64,000 nt of DNA from Candidatus Micrarchaeia archaeon (lineage in GTDB: Archaea > Micrarchaeota > Micrarchaeia > CABMEP01): positions 59,254 to 123,253 of the forward strand of contig JAVZPM010000002.1 in assembly GCA_038881595.1 (NCBI GenBank). The letters are read 5' to 3'. The notes beneath the pieces are model-generated. The model was not told the DNA's origin, searched no databases, and worked only from the letters and a program-made list of their open reading frames with translations. The position numbers and the translations under genes are program-made. Of this stretch, positions 1 through 9,376 are shown piece after piece (the first letter of the stretch is position 1; every line of letters begins with the position of its first letter).

Positions 1-48
1 ATTACAAGTTGTATTGATAGGTTTGATGAGGGCAGGAAGGCCTATAAT

Positions 49-1101
49 ATGAGAAGGGATTGTATGATATTTAGTAATCTGCTAAAAAATTTAGAAGACA
101 GGGTACCAATGTATATTAAAAAAAAGATTCAAAAATTGCTTTTATATGCAGGGGAGGAAGAAGCGCCAGAATCTTGGTTTATAAAGAATTTAATAGTTTC
201 ATTGCTCTTTGGCCTTGCTTTTCTCTCTGCACCAACTATATTCTTTAGTTATCTATCTGAAGCAGGCTTGAATCTTACAGAGACAAGGTTTCTCATATTA
301 TCGTTTATAATTGGGTTGACTGCATTCATTGTTTACTGGATATTTGTTTTTTCAGCATTGTATCTTAAAATAGAATATAGAAAAAGAAGAACAAATGAAA
401 TATTACCTGATTTTCTTTCAAGCGTTGCAATGAATATAAGGGCAGGAATGGAACCGATTTCAGCACTCTATGTTTCTTTAAGGCCTGATTTTGATCCAAT
501 AACATCTGAAATGATGAAGATAAGGTCTTTAGCCATAGGATCAAAATCAATATTGGATCAGCTGTCTTATCTTACTTCTAAGATTGATTCTAATGCACTT
601 AGAAGAACAGTTGCAATTATAGATAGAGCATCAAGGTCTGGAGGAGAGTTAGGAAGACTGTTGCTATCTGTAGCTGATGATTTAAGAGATACAAATAGAG
701 TACAGAAAGAATTAGAGACGTCAACAAGAGGATACGTATATTTCATTTCATTCCTTACTATATTGGGAATTCCGTTGCTTCTTTCTGTTTCATCAGTTTT
801 CATTAGTGCAACTGCAAAACAAAGCCAACAGTTTACTGGGGGATTCGGAGGTTTAATAAGCGTGATTCCAATATCAAATGTAGTTACTTCTCAAACTTTA
901 GATCCATCAGCAGTTTTAACTATATTCATAATTCTTATATCTATAGGTGCTATCTCCGCTTCACTTATGTTGGGTGTATTATGGCATGGAGAGGTAAAGC
1001 AAGGGTTTAGATATTCAATAATATTATTACCCTTAGCGATTATTGCATTTTTAATATTTAGATCTGCCATGTTCTCTCTAATCGCCTCTTTTGGAATCTA
1101 A
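49..1101 (+). CDS. Type IV pilus/archaellum assembly membrane protein, TadC/FlaJ-like (T2SS-F domain); frame is open to window start, so possibly 5'-partial
   Basis: Polytopic membrane protein with a T2SS-F-like cytoplasmic segment (NIRAGMEPISALYVSL...LRRTVAIIDRASRSGGELGRLL); no in-frame stop between position 1 and the first ATG at 49; followed by a pilin gene. Confidence 0.6.
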   Translation: MRRDCMIFSNLLKNLEDRVPMYIKKKIQKLLLYAGEEEAPESWFIKNLIVSLLFGLAFLSAPTIFFSYLSEAGLNLTETRFLILSFIIGLTAFIVYWIFVFSALYLKIEYRKRRTNEILPDFLSSVAMNIRAGMEPISALYVSLRPDFDPITSEMMKIRSLAIGSKSILDQLSYLTSKIDSNALRRTVAIIDRASRSGGELGRLLLSVADDLRDTNRVQKELETSTRGYVYFISFLTILGIPLLLSVSSVFISATAKQSQQFTGGFGGLISVIPISNVVTSQTLDPSAVLTIFIILISIGAISASLMLGVLWHGEVKQGFRYSIILLPLAIIAFLIFRSAMFSLIASFGI

Positions 1102-1199
1102 AAAAAAGATTTTTATACCTTGCATTATAATCATAATAATCAGTAAACATATCGGTAAAAAATATCACGATATGTGGAAAATTTAATTGAGGTGGATAT

Positions 1200-1682
1200 A
1201 TGTTTGGAAAGAAAAAAGGTCAGGCAACAATTGAATATTTGGTTTTGCTTGCAGTGGCAATAATAATTGCACTGGTAATATTTGCATTTATGGGATGGAT
1301 ACCTGGCTTTGCAGGTAGCCTAAAGGAAAGACAAGTCAAACTCTACTGGTCTTCTCAATACCCAATACAAATAAGAGAATACAAGTTTTTCAATCAAAGT
1401 GGTGATGGTAATTTAACATTACAAGTACAAAATGTTGCTGACTATCAAATAAATATAACAGGTTTTTCAACTAGAAGCGCTTCAAACAATACACCAACCT
1501 ATATATTATTACCTGGTGAAACAAAAGTAATTTCATATATATTGGGTTCTTACAATACCATTTGTAGTAAAGTCGGAGATCCATACGAATTAACAGAAGT
1601 AAAAATAAACTATACGATTATTGGTGGAATTCAAAATATGGTAGAAACTGGTGATAGACCACTTGTAGGAACCTGCCAGTAA
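1200..1682 (+). CDS. Archaeal type IV pilin-like protein (class III signal peptide)
   Basis: N-terminus MFGKKKG|QATIEYLVLLAVAIIIALVIF: basic stretch, G-Q cleavage motif, E at +5, hydrophobic helix; sits immediately downstream of the TadC-like gene. Confidence 0.6.
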   Translation: MFGKKKGQATIEYLVLLAVAIIIALVIFAFMGWIPGFAGSLKERQVKLYWSSQYPIQIREYKFFNQSGDGNLTLQVQNVADYQINITGFSTRSASNNTPTYILLPGETKVISYILGSYNTICSKVGDPYELTEVKINYTIIGGIQNMVETGDRPLVGTCQ

Positions 1683-1868
1683 ATTAATTAGTTAGTTTTT
1701 TTATTTTTATTTTTTATTCTTTTATTAATTTTTCGTGTGCTCTGGTTTTGATCTTATTTTTGATTTTATTTAACTATTTAAATGTCCAGTCCACTATTGG
1801 ACTATTTACTTTTTTATAGCTAGCTAGTTATTTTAGTCATATTTTATTGTAATCTTATTTTTGTTTTT

Positions 1869-2996
1869 TCATTTCAAATATTCTTGCAATTCTTTTTTCA
1901 TATTCTCTATGTTTAGAATAAAATCAGCGTATCCTATCCATTCTCCATCTTCAAAACTATACATGTCACTGTCACTTATCACGATCATTAATTCATTTAT
2001 TCCATTTTTTAAAACAGGCAGTTTAATCTCTTTTCCTATCTCTCCCATATATGAACCATCTTGCGGTTCAATTAGTTCAGCCCCATTAAGAAGATTAATT
2101 TGAGAGCTATTATTTATTTTATATTGAGAAAAGGCAACTACACAATGTCCTAGCGAAGGTTCTTTTAGATAACAAACAACATAAGGATAAATATTTCCTG
2201 GTTTAAGCTCTTTTGCTTCTACATCTCTAATGAACCAGGTATTTCTATTGTTTATGAAATATCTATTACCGTTTTCTATTGGAATGTATGACTCAATAAT
2301 TATCTTTTTATTGCTGCATTTGCTTAATACATTATTCATTTCTGCCTTAAAAAACAGGGAATAATCTTCACAATCGCCCCCTTTATTTGCAATAAATTCT
2401 TCTAATGAACTTAGTTTATCTTTTTTATTATAAAGAGAGGTATCTGAAATATACTTCAGCCCATAAAATTCATCATTAACCAGATAAAAGCAAGCAGTTT
2501 TGATTCTGCATTCATCAAAAACTATTTTATAGCATTCTGTTTTAAGATCGCTTATTAGGCTTGTTTTTAGGCTATTATTCATCTTTTCAATATTTGAATT
2601 TTGAGAAAACCAGCTCATGGATTCATTTATTTTTTGTGAATATTCATCTAACTTTGCTAATAATGCATTTGCTTCATCTTTCAGTTGTTCATATCTGCTT
2701 CCTAAAAGAGTATAATTTTGAGTCAACATCTGATATTCATTTTGCAGCTTAGAGTAATTTTCTTCAGTTTCACTAAGCTTTTTTTTCAAATTTTCATTTT
2801 TTTCTAAAGCAGATTGAAGAGAAGTGATAAGTTGTTGCTTTTCTGAATTTAATTTCTCTATATTTGAAGTTGTATTTTCTACATATTTAAGATGCAGTTC
2901 TCTAAGGGAATTGTAACTGTTGAACTGATATATATTCAATAAAATAAGGAAGAGAACTGCGACTGCAAGAATTTTTTCATTTTCCATTTTATTCAA
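1869..2996 (-). CDS. Membrane-anchored coiled-coil protein with a putative transglutaminase-like (Cys-His-Asp) domain
   Basis: N-terminal TM anchor, about 100 aa heptad-like coiled coil, then GGDCEDYSLFF (Cys motif), LGHCVVAF (His) and a downstream Asp; pattern resembles the transglutaminase-like cysteine protease core. Confidence 0.35.
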   Translation of the reverse strand: MNKMENEKILAVAVLFLILLNIYQFNSYNSLRELHLKYVENTTSNIEKLNSEKQQLITSLQSALEKNENLKKKLSETEENYSKLQNEYQMLTQNYTLLGSRYEQLKDEANALLAKLDEYSQKINESMSWFSQNSNIEKMNNSLKTSLISDLKTECYKIVFDECRIKTACFYLVNDEFYGLKYISDTSLYNKKDKLSSLEEFIANKGGDCEDYSLFFKAEMNNVLSKCSNKKIIIESYIPIENGNRYFINNRNTWFIRDVEAKELKPGNIYPYVVCYLKEPSLGHCVVAFSQYKINNSSQINLLNGAELIEPQDGSYMGEIGKEIKLPVLKNGINELMIVISDSDMYSFEDGEWIGYADFILNIENMKKELQEYLK

Positions 2997-3010
2997 CTTT
3001 TAATGTTTAA

Positions 3011-3083
3011 TAGCCCCGACCGGATTCGAACCGGTGTCTCGGGCTCCAAAGGCCCGCATACTTGACCGCTATACGACGGGGCT
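3011..3083 (-). tRNA. tRNA-Gln (anticodon UUG), no intron
   Basis: Reverse complement folds as a 73-nt cloverleaf: acceptor AGCCCCG/CGGGGCT, anticodon stem CGGGC/GCCCG, loop CTTTGGA, T-loop TTCGAAT; CCA not encoded. Confidence 0.85.
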
Positions 3084-3128
3084 ATACAATTATTTATAGC
3101 TAATCAAAATTTTAAATACTTGCTTATT

Positions 3129-3656
3129 TCACCAAGGTACACTTTTGAGCTTTAGTTTATATGCAATTATATTTGACAAATAATGAATTATTAAAGTTAT
3201 TATTGCCAATATTGATAGTATTATCAAATCAAATTCCTTTGGTAAGTATGGAGAAGCAAATAAAAGTGCAAAAACATAGAAGCTAAGCTGATCAAGAATT
3301 GGGACAGATTTTCCACTCTTTACATTTATTCTTCTTTTTATAAAGCTACCAACCGCATCTCCAGTCATTGTACCGACTGAAAGCAGAAATGCAACCAGGA
3401 CGTGGGTTTCAAATGTAGAATACATATTAAGGATGCCTAAAAACCAGGTAATTATTCCAATAATCGTACCAGTTAAAATTCCAATAAAGAATCCAGTCCA
3501 TGTTTTTCCTTTCCCCAATATTCTCCTGCTGTCATAAAACTTTACTCCATAATCCATCGGTGTTTTGCTTGTTCCAGTTTTGAATAAAACTGGTGCTGCG
3601 TTCGCAAAATATGCAGGAAGTATGAATATAATTGCCTTAATAATTAAATCAATCAT
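3129..3656 (-). CDS. carS: CDP-archaeol synthase (CarS family, DUF46)
   Basis: Motifs PAYFANAAPVL, GKTWTGF and GDAVGSFIKRR in a polytopic membrane protein; start chosen at the internal Met (MIDLIIKA) to avoid overlap with the divergent sppA. Confidence 0.7.
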   Translation of the reverse strand: MIDLIIKAIIFILPAYFANAAPVLFKTGTSKTPMDYGVKFYDSRRILGKGKTWTGFFIGILTGTIIGIITWFLGILNMYSTFETHVLVAFLLSVGTMTGDAVGSFIKRRINVKSGKSVPILDQLSFYVFALLFASPYLPKEFDLIILSILAIITLIIHYLSNIIAYKLKLKSVPW

Positions 3657-3717
3657 TTTTTCACTTATTAGCATTAATAGCATAAATATTTTTAAATATA
3701 CCAAACAATCTATTAAT

Positions 3718-4641
3718 ATGCGATCAACACAACACATAATAAAGCAAGATGGTGCAACCACTATCAGTGCTGGAACAATAATTCTTTATATAATTGCAAT
3801 ATTAGTTATTGCAATGTTCCTTCTCAATTTCTTATCAGTTGTAGGAGTTGGAGGGTGCGTTGGGGTAATAGAGGTAAATGGAGAGATTTCCACTTCTAAA
3901 GGATATGGATTAGTTTCTTCATCTGAAATTATTAGTTTGCTTAAGGAAGTAGAATCCAGGCCAGATATAAGAAGTGTTGTTTTAGTAATGAATACTCCTG
4001 GCGGTTCAGCAGTTGCTTCTAATGAAATTTATTTATATCTAAAAGGCATGAAGAAGCCAACTGTTACATATATAAGTGAAATGGCAACTTCCGGAGGATA
4101 TTTCATATCTCTTGGAACAGATTATATCTATTCAAATCCCTATGCAGTTACAGGGAGCATAGGTGCAAGAACTGGGTGGGTCATTGACATGTCAAGATGG
4201 CTAAATAATACAGGAATAAATATGAGTGTGATAAAAAGCGGAGAGATGAAAGATTCCGGTGATATTTATAGACCTATGACAGAAGAAGAGAAAAAAGTAT
4301 TTCAAGAAATAATTGATGAAATAGGAGGTTCTTTCCTCAATCTTACAATATCAGAAAGATCTAAGAATGCAAGATTTAGCCAGAATTCCATATCTTTAAT
4401 ATCTGACGCAAGGATATTTACAGGAAAACAAGCATTTGAAATTGGATTGGTTGATGAACTTGGAACAAGGCAAGATGCAATAAATAAGGCTGCAGCAATG
4501 GGAGGATTAGACCAGAGCCCGAGCATCTGCGTTCTTGAGACAAAGAAAGATTTCTTAAGTACTATGTTTAATGAGATGGGAAGAGGTATAGGTGAAACTT
4601 TAAGCAATAAGTTATCATTTAATAGTCTTCGTATACAATAA
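3718..4641 (+). CDS. sppA: Signal peptide peptidase SppA (S49 family)
   Basis: VLVMNTPGGSAVASNEIY...SEMATSGGYFISLGTDYIYSNPYAVTGSIGA is typical of SppA/ClpP-fold S49 peptidases; TM anchor after Met at 3718; TTTAAATATA box about 25 bp upstream. Confidence 0.75.
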   Translation: MRSTQHIIKQDGATTISAGTIILYIIAILVIAMFLLNFLSVVGVGGCVGVIEVNGEISTSKGYGLVSSSEIISLLKEVESRPDIRSVVLVMNTPGGSAVASNEIYLYLKGMKKPTVTYISEMATSGGYFISLGTDYIYSNPYAVTGSIGARTGWVIDMSRWLNNTGINMSVIKSGEMKDSGDIYRPMTEEEKKVFQEIIDEIGGSFLNLTISERSKNARFSQNSISLISDARIFTGKQAFEIGLVDELGTRQDAINKAAAMGGLDQSPSICVLETKKDFLSTMFNEMGRGIGETLSNKLSFNSLRIQ

Positions 4642-4695
4642 ATATCAATAAATATAAATAGCCTAGGATAAAAGGCAATCTAACCAAGTGAGAAA

Positions 4696-5268
4696 ATGGG
4701 AAAAAATAAGAAAAATGCATTTATATTCACAACAGATGCATTTCTTGCTCTCCCACTAGTTGTTTTGGCAGTGTCTACATTTATTGCATTTTCAGTTACT
4801 CTTCGAGATAATATTACTGTACAAGAATATGCCTACATAATTGCAAAAGATGCAATAAATGTTTTAATCGATTCAAACCCACAGCATATCGGGGGATCTG
4901 GAGATAATTCATTTGCTTATATAATTGCGCAGAATATTGTTGATTCAGATTTAAATAGCGCAAACAGTACTGCATCTGTTATCGATTCCATTGTTCCTTC
5001 TAATGCAGCGTATATACTTGAATATAAATCCGCTTCTGATAACCAATGGAAAGAGATAAGGATTTTAGACAGAGGGAACAAGATAGCGCAAAACAAATAT
5101 TCAATTCAGGTCTCAAGTACAAGGTTAATCGCAGATATCTCGCAACCAAGACTTAATCCAAGTGGCGACTGTCCAAGTGAAATAGTATGTTCTTTCCCAT
5201 CAATATCACAGTATACACCAGGTTCAACAGTTGGTCCACTACTACTCAGGATAAGGGTATTCATATAA
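4696..5268 (+). CDS. Hypothetical membrane-anchored extracellular protein (possible pilus-associated)
   Basis: Basic N-terminus followed by a hydrophobic helix (KKNAFIFTTDAFLALPLVVLAV); first gene of a co-directional cluster of pilin-like genes. Confidence 0.3.
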   Translation: MGKNKKNAFIFTTDAFLALPLVVLAVSTFIAFSVTLRDNITVQEYAYIIAKDAINVLIDSNPQHIGGSGDNSFAYIIAQNIVDSDLNSANSTASVIDSIVPSNAAYILEYKSASDNQWKEIRILDRGNKIAQNKYSIQVSSTRLIADISQPRLNPSGDCPSEIVCSFPSISQYTPGSTVGPLLLRIRVFI

Positions 5269-5296
5269 TAAATATATTCAAAGGATAAGTGTTTAT

Positions 5297-6715
5297 ATGT
5301 TAGGAAAAGAAAATTTCAAAACAAAAAAATCAAAAATGCAATATAGTAAGCAGAGAAAGGGATTTGTATTTACAATCCTAACCTTAGTTATAATAGTATT
5401 CATGATTATAGAACTTAACATATATTTCAGGACATACGAATTGAAACTTGCTAATGAGCCAACGAAATTAAGGCTTCAGGTAATACAGGATTTCATAAGA
5501 GCATATTCTCCAAACTATTTCAATGAAACTGCATATTCTTTCATTTATTCCTCTTTATATGAACTTAACAAAGATTCAATCCAATATCCACCATCCCAAT
5601 CAAGTTTAGCTGAATTAATTTGGAATATATCTTATTCAGGAAAGAGAACAGACAGCCGTACAGTACAGCTAATAGATCAGACTAAAACACTATCATCTTA
5701 TGATTCAAATCTATCTGCTCTTGCAAAGTCAATGAATATTGATTTGGTTGTTAATTATAAGGATTTCAACATCACACAAATAGATTATTGGACTGTACAG
5801 TACAATTTTACAATTGCAGTTTCAATAAATGATAAAGCATCCAGTACAAGTGTTAAGTTCACTTCTCCTATTTCATTAAACATCTCAATAATTGGATTTG
5901 AAGATCCTTGGCTCGCAAGAATGGGATTCAGAAATAAGAGTATAATACCTGTAGATCAGATTCAGATTGATCAGATAAGGCCTTCCCTTTTAATGAACGG
6001 GACAAGAGGAAGAGGATGGTTTTATGGCGAACCAATAATAGTGACAAGCTGTCCTTCTGCTGATTTTGAATTCAGTGATTCTTTCTTAGAGAATAAGACC
6101 AAGATAATGGTTACAGACAACACAGGAGTTGCTAGGGAATGCGGTCAGCTTTTTGGAGCAGTTATAGTAGTATCTGATCAAAACGCAAACACAAATCCAT
6201 TTGTTGGATTAGATGTCCCATTATTCATAAACTCTTCAGCAAAAATCTCAGATATTCCAAGGCAACCTATCTTAATAGTTTCAGATAACGATACAGTAAT
6301 AACAGATGACAGTTCAGGTCATTATCATTACATGCTTGACATAAACAATCTAAGAAGTGGAATAGAATGCGGAAGATATTTTGTAAGGCCATATAATAAT
6401 TATGGCTATCTAAGAAGGCTCACAAACAACGTTACTGGAGTTTTTGATGAATTTGGTATAGAAACCATTCTGTCAGGTACAACACAAGCAATCCCAACTT
6501 CGAGATCCTCTTATAGTTTTGTTGACAGAGAATACAACTCATCCATCCCCGGTAATCTAATTAAGGGTCTTCCAGGTTGCAGTAATCAATTGATATGCAA
6601 TTATACAAAGGATTATCATTCTTCTTCAATACCTTATCCGACACGATTAAGTACGGATGCAGCTAGATATTATTTAGGTTTATTTAACTCCTCAATGATT
6701 ATAAAAAGAGATTAG
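5297..6715 (+). CDS. Large pilin-like or pilus-associated secreted protein
   Basis: N-terminus RKG|FVFTILTLVIIVFMII resembles a class III signal peptide; large Ser/Thr/Asn-rich ectodomain; co-directional with the following pilin-like genes. Confidence 0.35.
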   Translation: MLGKENFKTKKSKMQYSKQRKGFVFTILTLVIIVFMIIELNIYFRTYELKLANEPTKLRLQVIQDFIRAYSPNYFNETAYSFIYSSLYELNKDSIQYPPSQSSLAELIWNISYSGKRTDSRTVQLIDQTKTLSSYDSNLSALAKSMNIDLVVNYKDFNITQIDYWTVQYNFTIAVSINDKASSTSVKFTSPISLNISIIGFEDPWLARMGFRNKSIIPVDQIQIDQIRPSLLMNGTRGRGWFYGEPIIVTSCPSADFEFSDSFLENKTKIMVTDNTGVARECGQLFGAVIVVSDQNANTNPFVGLDVPLFINSSAKISDIPRQPILIVSDNDTVITDDSSGHYHYMLDINNLRSGIECGRYFVRPYNNYGYLRRLTNNVTGVFDEFGIETILSGTTQAIPTSRSSYSFVDREYNSSIPGNLIKGLPGCSNQLICNYTKDYHSSSIPYPTRLSTDAARYYLGLFNSSMIIKRD

Positions 6716-6716
6716 G

Positions 6717-7169
6717 ATGATAACAATGGGAAATGAATTGTTGTTTAAAGGTCAAATAATGCTTGAAACTCTAATAATAGTCTCATTCCTCTTGCTTATC
6801 CTAATTCCTACTGTAATTTACATCTTGTCTGTTCTTTCCACCGAGTCATGGAAGACAGATGCAAATCAAGCATATTCAACATTGACAAAAATCGTTTCGA
6901 TATCTAACAAGCTAGCAATGCTAGGCAATGGTTCATCTTCTTATGAATCTATATTTCTTCCATCAAGCACTCAACGAATGAATGTATCAAGTGATGGAAG
7001 AGAAATCTTCATTACTTTAAAAGGACCTAAATCAGATGATTTGCAAGTTGTTGCTTTAAGTCCAGTCATTATAAGATTGAATTCAACTCAAGACTGGACC
7101 AATATTAAAGGAGCACAAACACTTATGTTTGTTGTTCAAGATGGAGAGGTAATAATATCAAAAACATAA
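6717..7169 (+). CDS. Archaeal type IV pilin-like protein
   Basis: N-terminus ...FKG|QIMLETLIIVSFLLLIL (G-Q, E at +5, hydrophobic helix). Confidence 0.5.
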   Translation: MITMGNELLFKGQIMLETLIIVSFLLLILIPTVIYILSVLSTESWKTDANQAYSTLTKIVSISNKLAMLGNGSSSYESIFLPSSTQRMNVSSDGREIFITLKGPKSDDLQVVALSPVIIRLNSTQDWTNIKGAQTLMFVVQDGEVIISKT

Positions 7170-7242
7170 TATATTCTAATAGAAAGATTAGTAATTTGAA
7201 TATCAGAATTAGCAATGTTTATTTTATTAATGGTGTGGTTTC

Positions 7243-7695
7243 ATGAAGAAAATTAATAATCTCGTAAAAAAAGGACAAGTTGCATTTGAATTCCTTCTCA
7301 TTTATAGCTTTTTCATATTTGTATTTCTTTCTTCGCTTTATATAATCTCTGGACAGGCAGTTCAACAACAAAGGTATGCAGAAGGATTGTATGCGAGAGA
7401 ATTTATTGTAACAATTGCAGATGAGATAAACGCAGCAGCTATGATTGAAGGCTACGAAAAGAATTTAAATATTCCAACTACAATGAGCAGCGTCCCATAT
7501 CAACTATATGTATATAAAGGTATGATTGGATTAAATTACAGCTCAATAACGAATATAGATCTACTATATCCTTTAGCAACAGATAAAGTATTTGTAAATG
7601 GAGTAGATACATCTAAGTACATTGGATATATTAATACAGCAAAAGGAAAGTTAAAAATAATAAGCTCACAGGGCATGGTGATCTTAAATGACTAA
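7243..7695 (+). CDS. Archaeal type IV pilin-like protein
   Basis: N-terminus MKKINNLVKKG|QVAFEFLLIYSFFIFVFL (class III signal peptide pattern). Confidence 0.5.
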   Translation: MKKINNLVKKGQVAFEFLLIYSFFIFVFLSSLYIISGQAVQQQRYAEGLYAREFIVTIADEINAAAMIEGYEKNLNIPTTMSSVPYQLYVYKGMIGLNYSSITNIDLLYPLATDKVFVNGVDTSKYIGYINTAKGKLKIISSQGMVILND

Positions 7696-8200
7696 AATTT
7701 TTAATTCAAATGAAAACAAAATAAAATACAGAACTAAAAAAGGCCAGTTTTTTTCGTATGATGCGATAGTAGCTGGAATACTTTTCATTCTTCTTTTGAC
7801 AATACTTTATAATTATTGGAATTCATTAAGAACAACAGTTTCAATAAGGATTGATGATTCATCAAGAATTGCATTAAGTGTTTCGAACATGCTTCTGACA
7901 CCTGGTTATCCTTTAAATTGGAATTCATCTAACTTTAATCAGATAGGATTAACAGAAAACTATAATACAATAAAACTTAATGAAGCAAAGGTTTCAAATC
8001 TCACTCTTATTTCTTATATAAATTATGAATTGATGAAAGAAAGGCTGGGGGTAGGACCTTATGAGATATATATTACAATCGGAGATGAAAGAATAGGCAA
8101 TGCTCCTTTAAATCCGACATCCAAGGTCACAATAACAAGGCCAGCCATATATAAGGATAGATTAGAAAATTTATCCGTAACTATTTGGAGTACAAAATGA
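7688..8200 (+). CDS. Archaeal type IV pilin-like protein
   Basis: N-terminus ...YRTKKG|QFFSYDAIVAGILFILLLTIL; overlaps the preceding gene by 8 bp, consistent with an operon. Confidence 0.5.
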   Translation: MTKIFNSNENKIKYRTKKGQFFSYDAIVAGILFILLLTILYNYWNSLRTTVSIRIDDSSRIALSVSNMLLTPGYPLNWNSSNFNQIGLTENYNTIKLNEAKVSNLTLISYINYELMKERLGVGPYEIYITIGDERIGNAPLNPTSKVTITRPAIYKDRLENLSVTIWSTK

Positions 8201-8226
8201 TTTTTTGTATTTAGACTTATTTGGAC

Positions 8227-8733
8227 TTACTTATCTTTTTCTTTATTTAAAAAGAATTTCATTCTGTCTATTAATCCTATATTTTCATTTTTTCTAGATT
8301 CTGCTTCGATTTCATCTTTGACATTTGTTTTTTGACTCGTTTCTTCTATTTTTACTTTATCTTCTTCGTTCTTTCTTTTATATTCAGAGTAAAACTTTTC
8401 AACTGTTCTCCTGTTGACATAATCGTGCTGCCTGAATCCTCCTCCGAATGATTTAGGTATGTGCAGCAACTCATGAATCAATACTTTCGTTCTTTCTTCT
8501 TCATTCATTTTGTCGAATCTCTCACTAATTACCTCTATAACATAAAAAGGATCTGTATTCATCCCAAGTTGCATCACTTTCGGTAGTCCATGACATCTAG
8601 CAATTACTCTTCTTGAGTTAGTTCCATAGCTTCTAAAACAAGCAATCCTCTCTATGTTTACATAGTTGATATTTAGTTTTTCAACTATGTCTTTTATCTT
8701 TTCTTCCAAGTCCCTTGCTCTTTCGTATTTCAT
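8227..8733 (-). CDS. Predicted Zn-dependent metallopeptidase (HExxH motif, SprT/DUF45-like)
   Basis: HELLHIPKSFGGGFRQH motif within a small soluble protein; exact family not resolved. Confidence 0.4.
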   Translation of the reverse strand: MKYERARDLEEKIKDIVEKLNINYVNIERIACFRSYGTNSRRVIARCHGLPKVMQLGMNTDPFYVIEVISERFDKMNEEERTKVLIHELLHIPKSFGGGFRQHDYVNRRTVEKFYSEYKRKNEEDKVKIEETSQKTNVKDEIEAESRKNENIGLIDRMKFFLNKEKDK

Positions 8734-8808
8734 AAAATAAGATTTGATGTAAATGATTTTAAATCTAGAGTTAATTTTATTTCCAATAAGATGAGTTTAA
8801 AATATGAT

Positions 8809-9261
8809 TTACCAGTTTGGATATTTGGATTTTAGTTCATTAAGATAAAATTTATATGCTTCAATAGAATCCATATTGTGGTTTCTTGTGAATCTTTCAT
8901 TCATTTTATGTGGATTCAGCATTGCATTTATTGTCTTCAACAATGCCATCTCTTCTATTGTTATTTTTTCATTCCTATTGACGATCTTCTTTCTTATTAT
9001 CTGAAGAGAAGGATTCCAGGCCATATGAAAATTTTTAACACACCATCGTGCGCCACGATCAATTAGTATATTAACTATTTTTTCTGCTATATATCCGTTT
9101 TCTAGTCTTTCACTTTTATTTATTCTACCTCTACTTTCTTCTAACCTTTTTATCAAAGGCAAGAAGTCAATTATCTCTAGTTTATCCTGATGGGGCTCGC
9201 CAAAATTCTTATTCGATTTGGATGCATTACCGTCTTCCATGAATCTGAATTTTTCCATAAA
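8809..9261 (-). CDS. Hypothetical protein
   Basis: ORF with no recognisable motif; start placed at the internal Met (MEKFRF) to avoid overlap with ppdK. Confidence 0.3.
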   Translation of the reverse strand, partial: FMEKFRFMEDGNASKSNKNFGEPHQDKLEIIDFLPLIKRLEESRGRINKSERLENGYIAEKIVNILIDRGARWCVKNFHMAWNPSLQIIRKKIVNRNEKITIEEMALLKTINAMLNPHKMNERFTRNHNMDSIEAYKFYLNELKSKYPNW

Positions 9262-9376
9262 ACCACATATAAAGCCATCATAATATTTATAGAATTTAAA
9301 ACATTCAATCTTTATATTTCTTTCTATTTTATTATTATTGCTTATTTTATACAATTTAGATTTGAAAGTGATTATT

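Noticed and set aside
1683-1868. Possible small RNA or repeat element downstream of the pilin gene (hairpin AGTCCA-CTAT-TGGACT near 1786-1801)
   Set aside because: A single short hairpin in a T-rich convergent intergenic region is most simply a transcription terminator; there is no further structure to support an sRNA.
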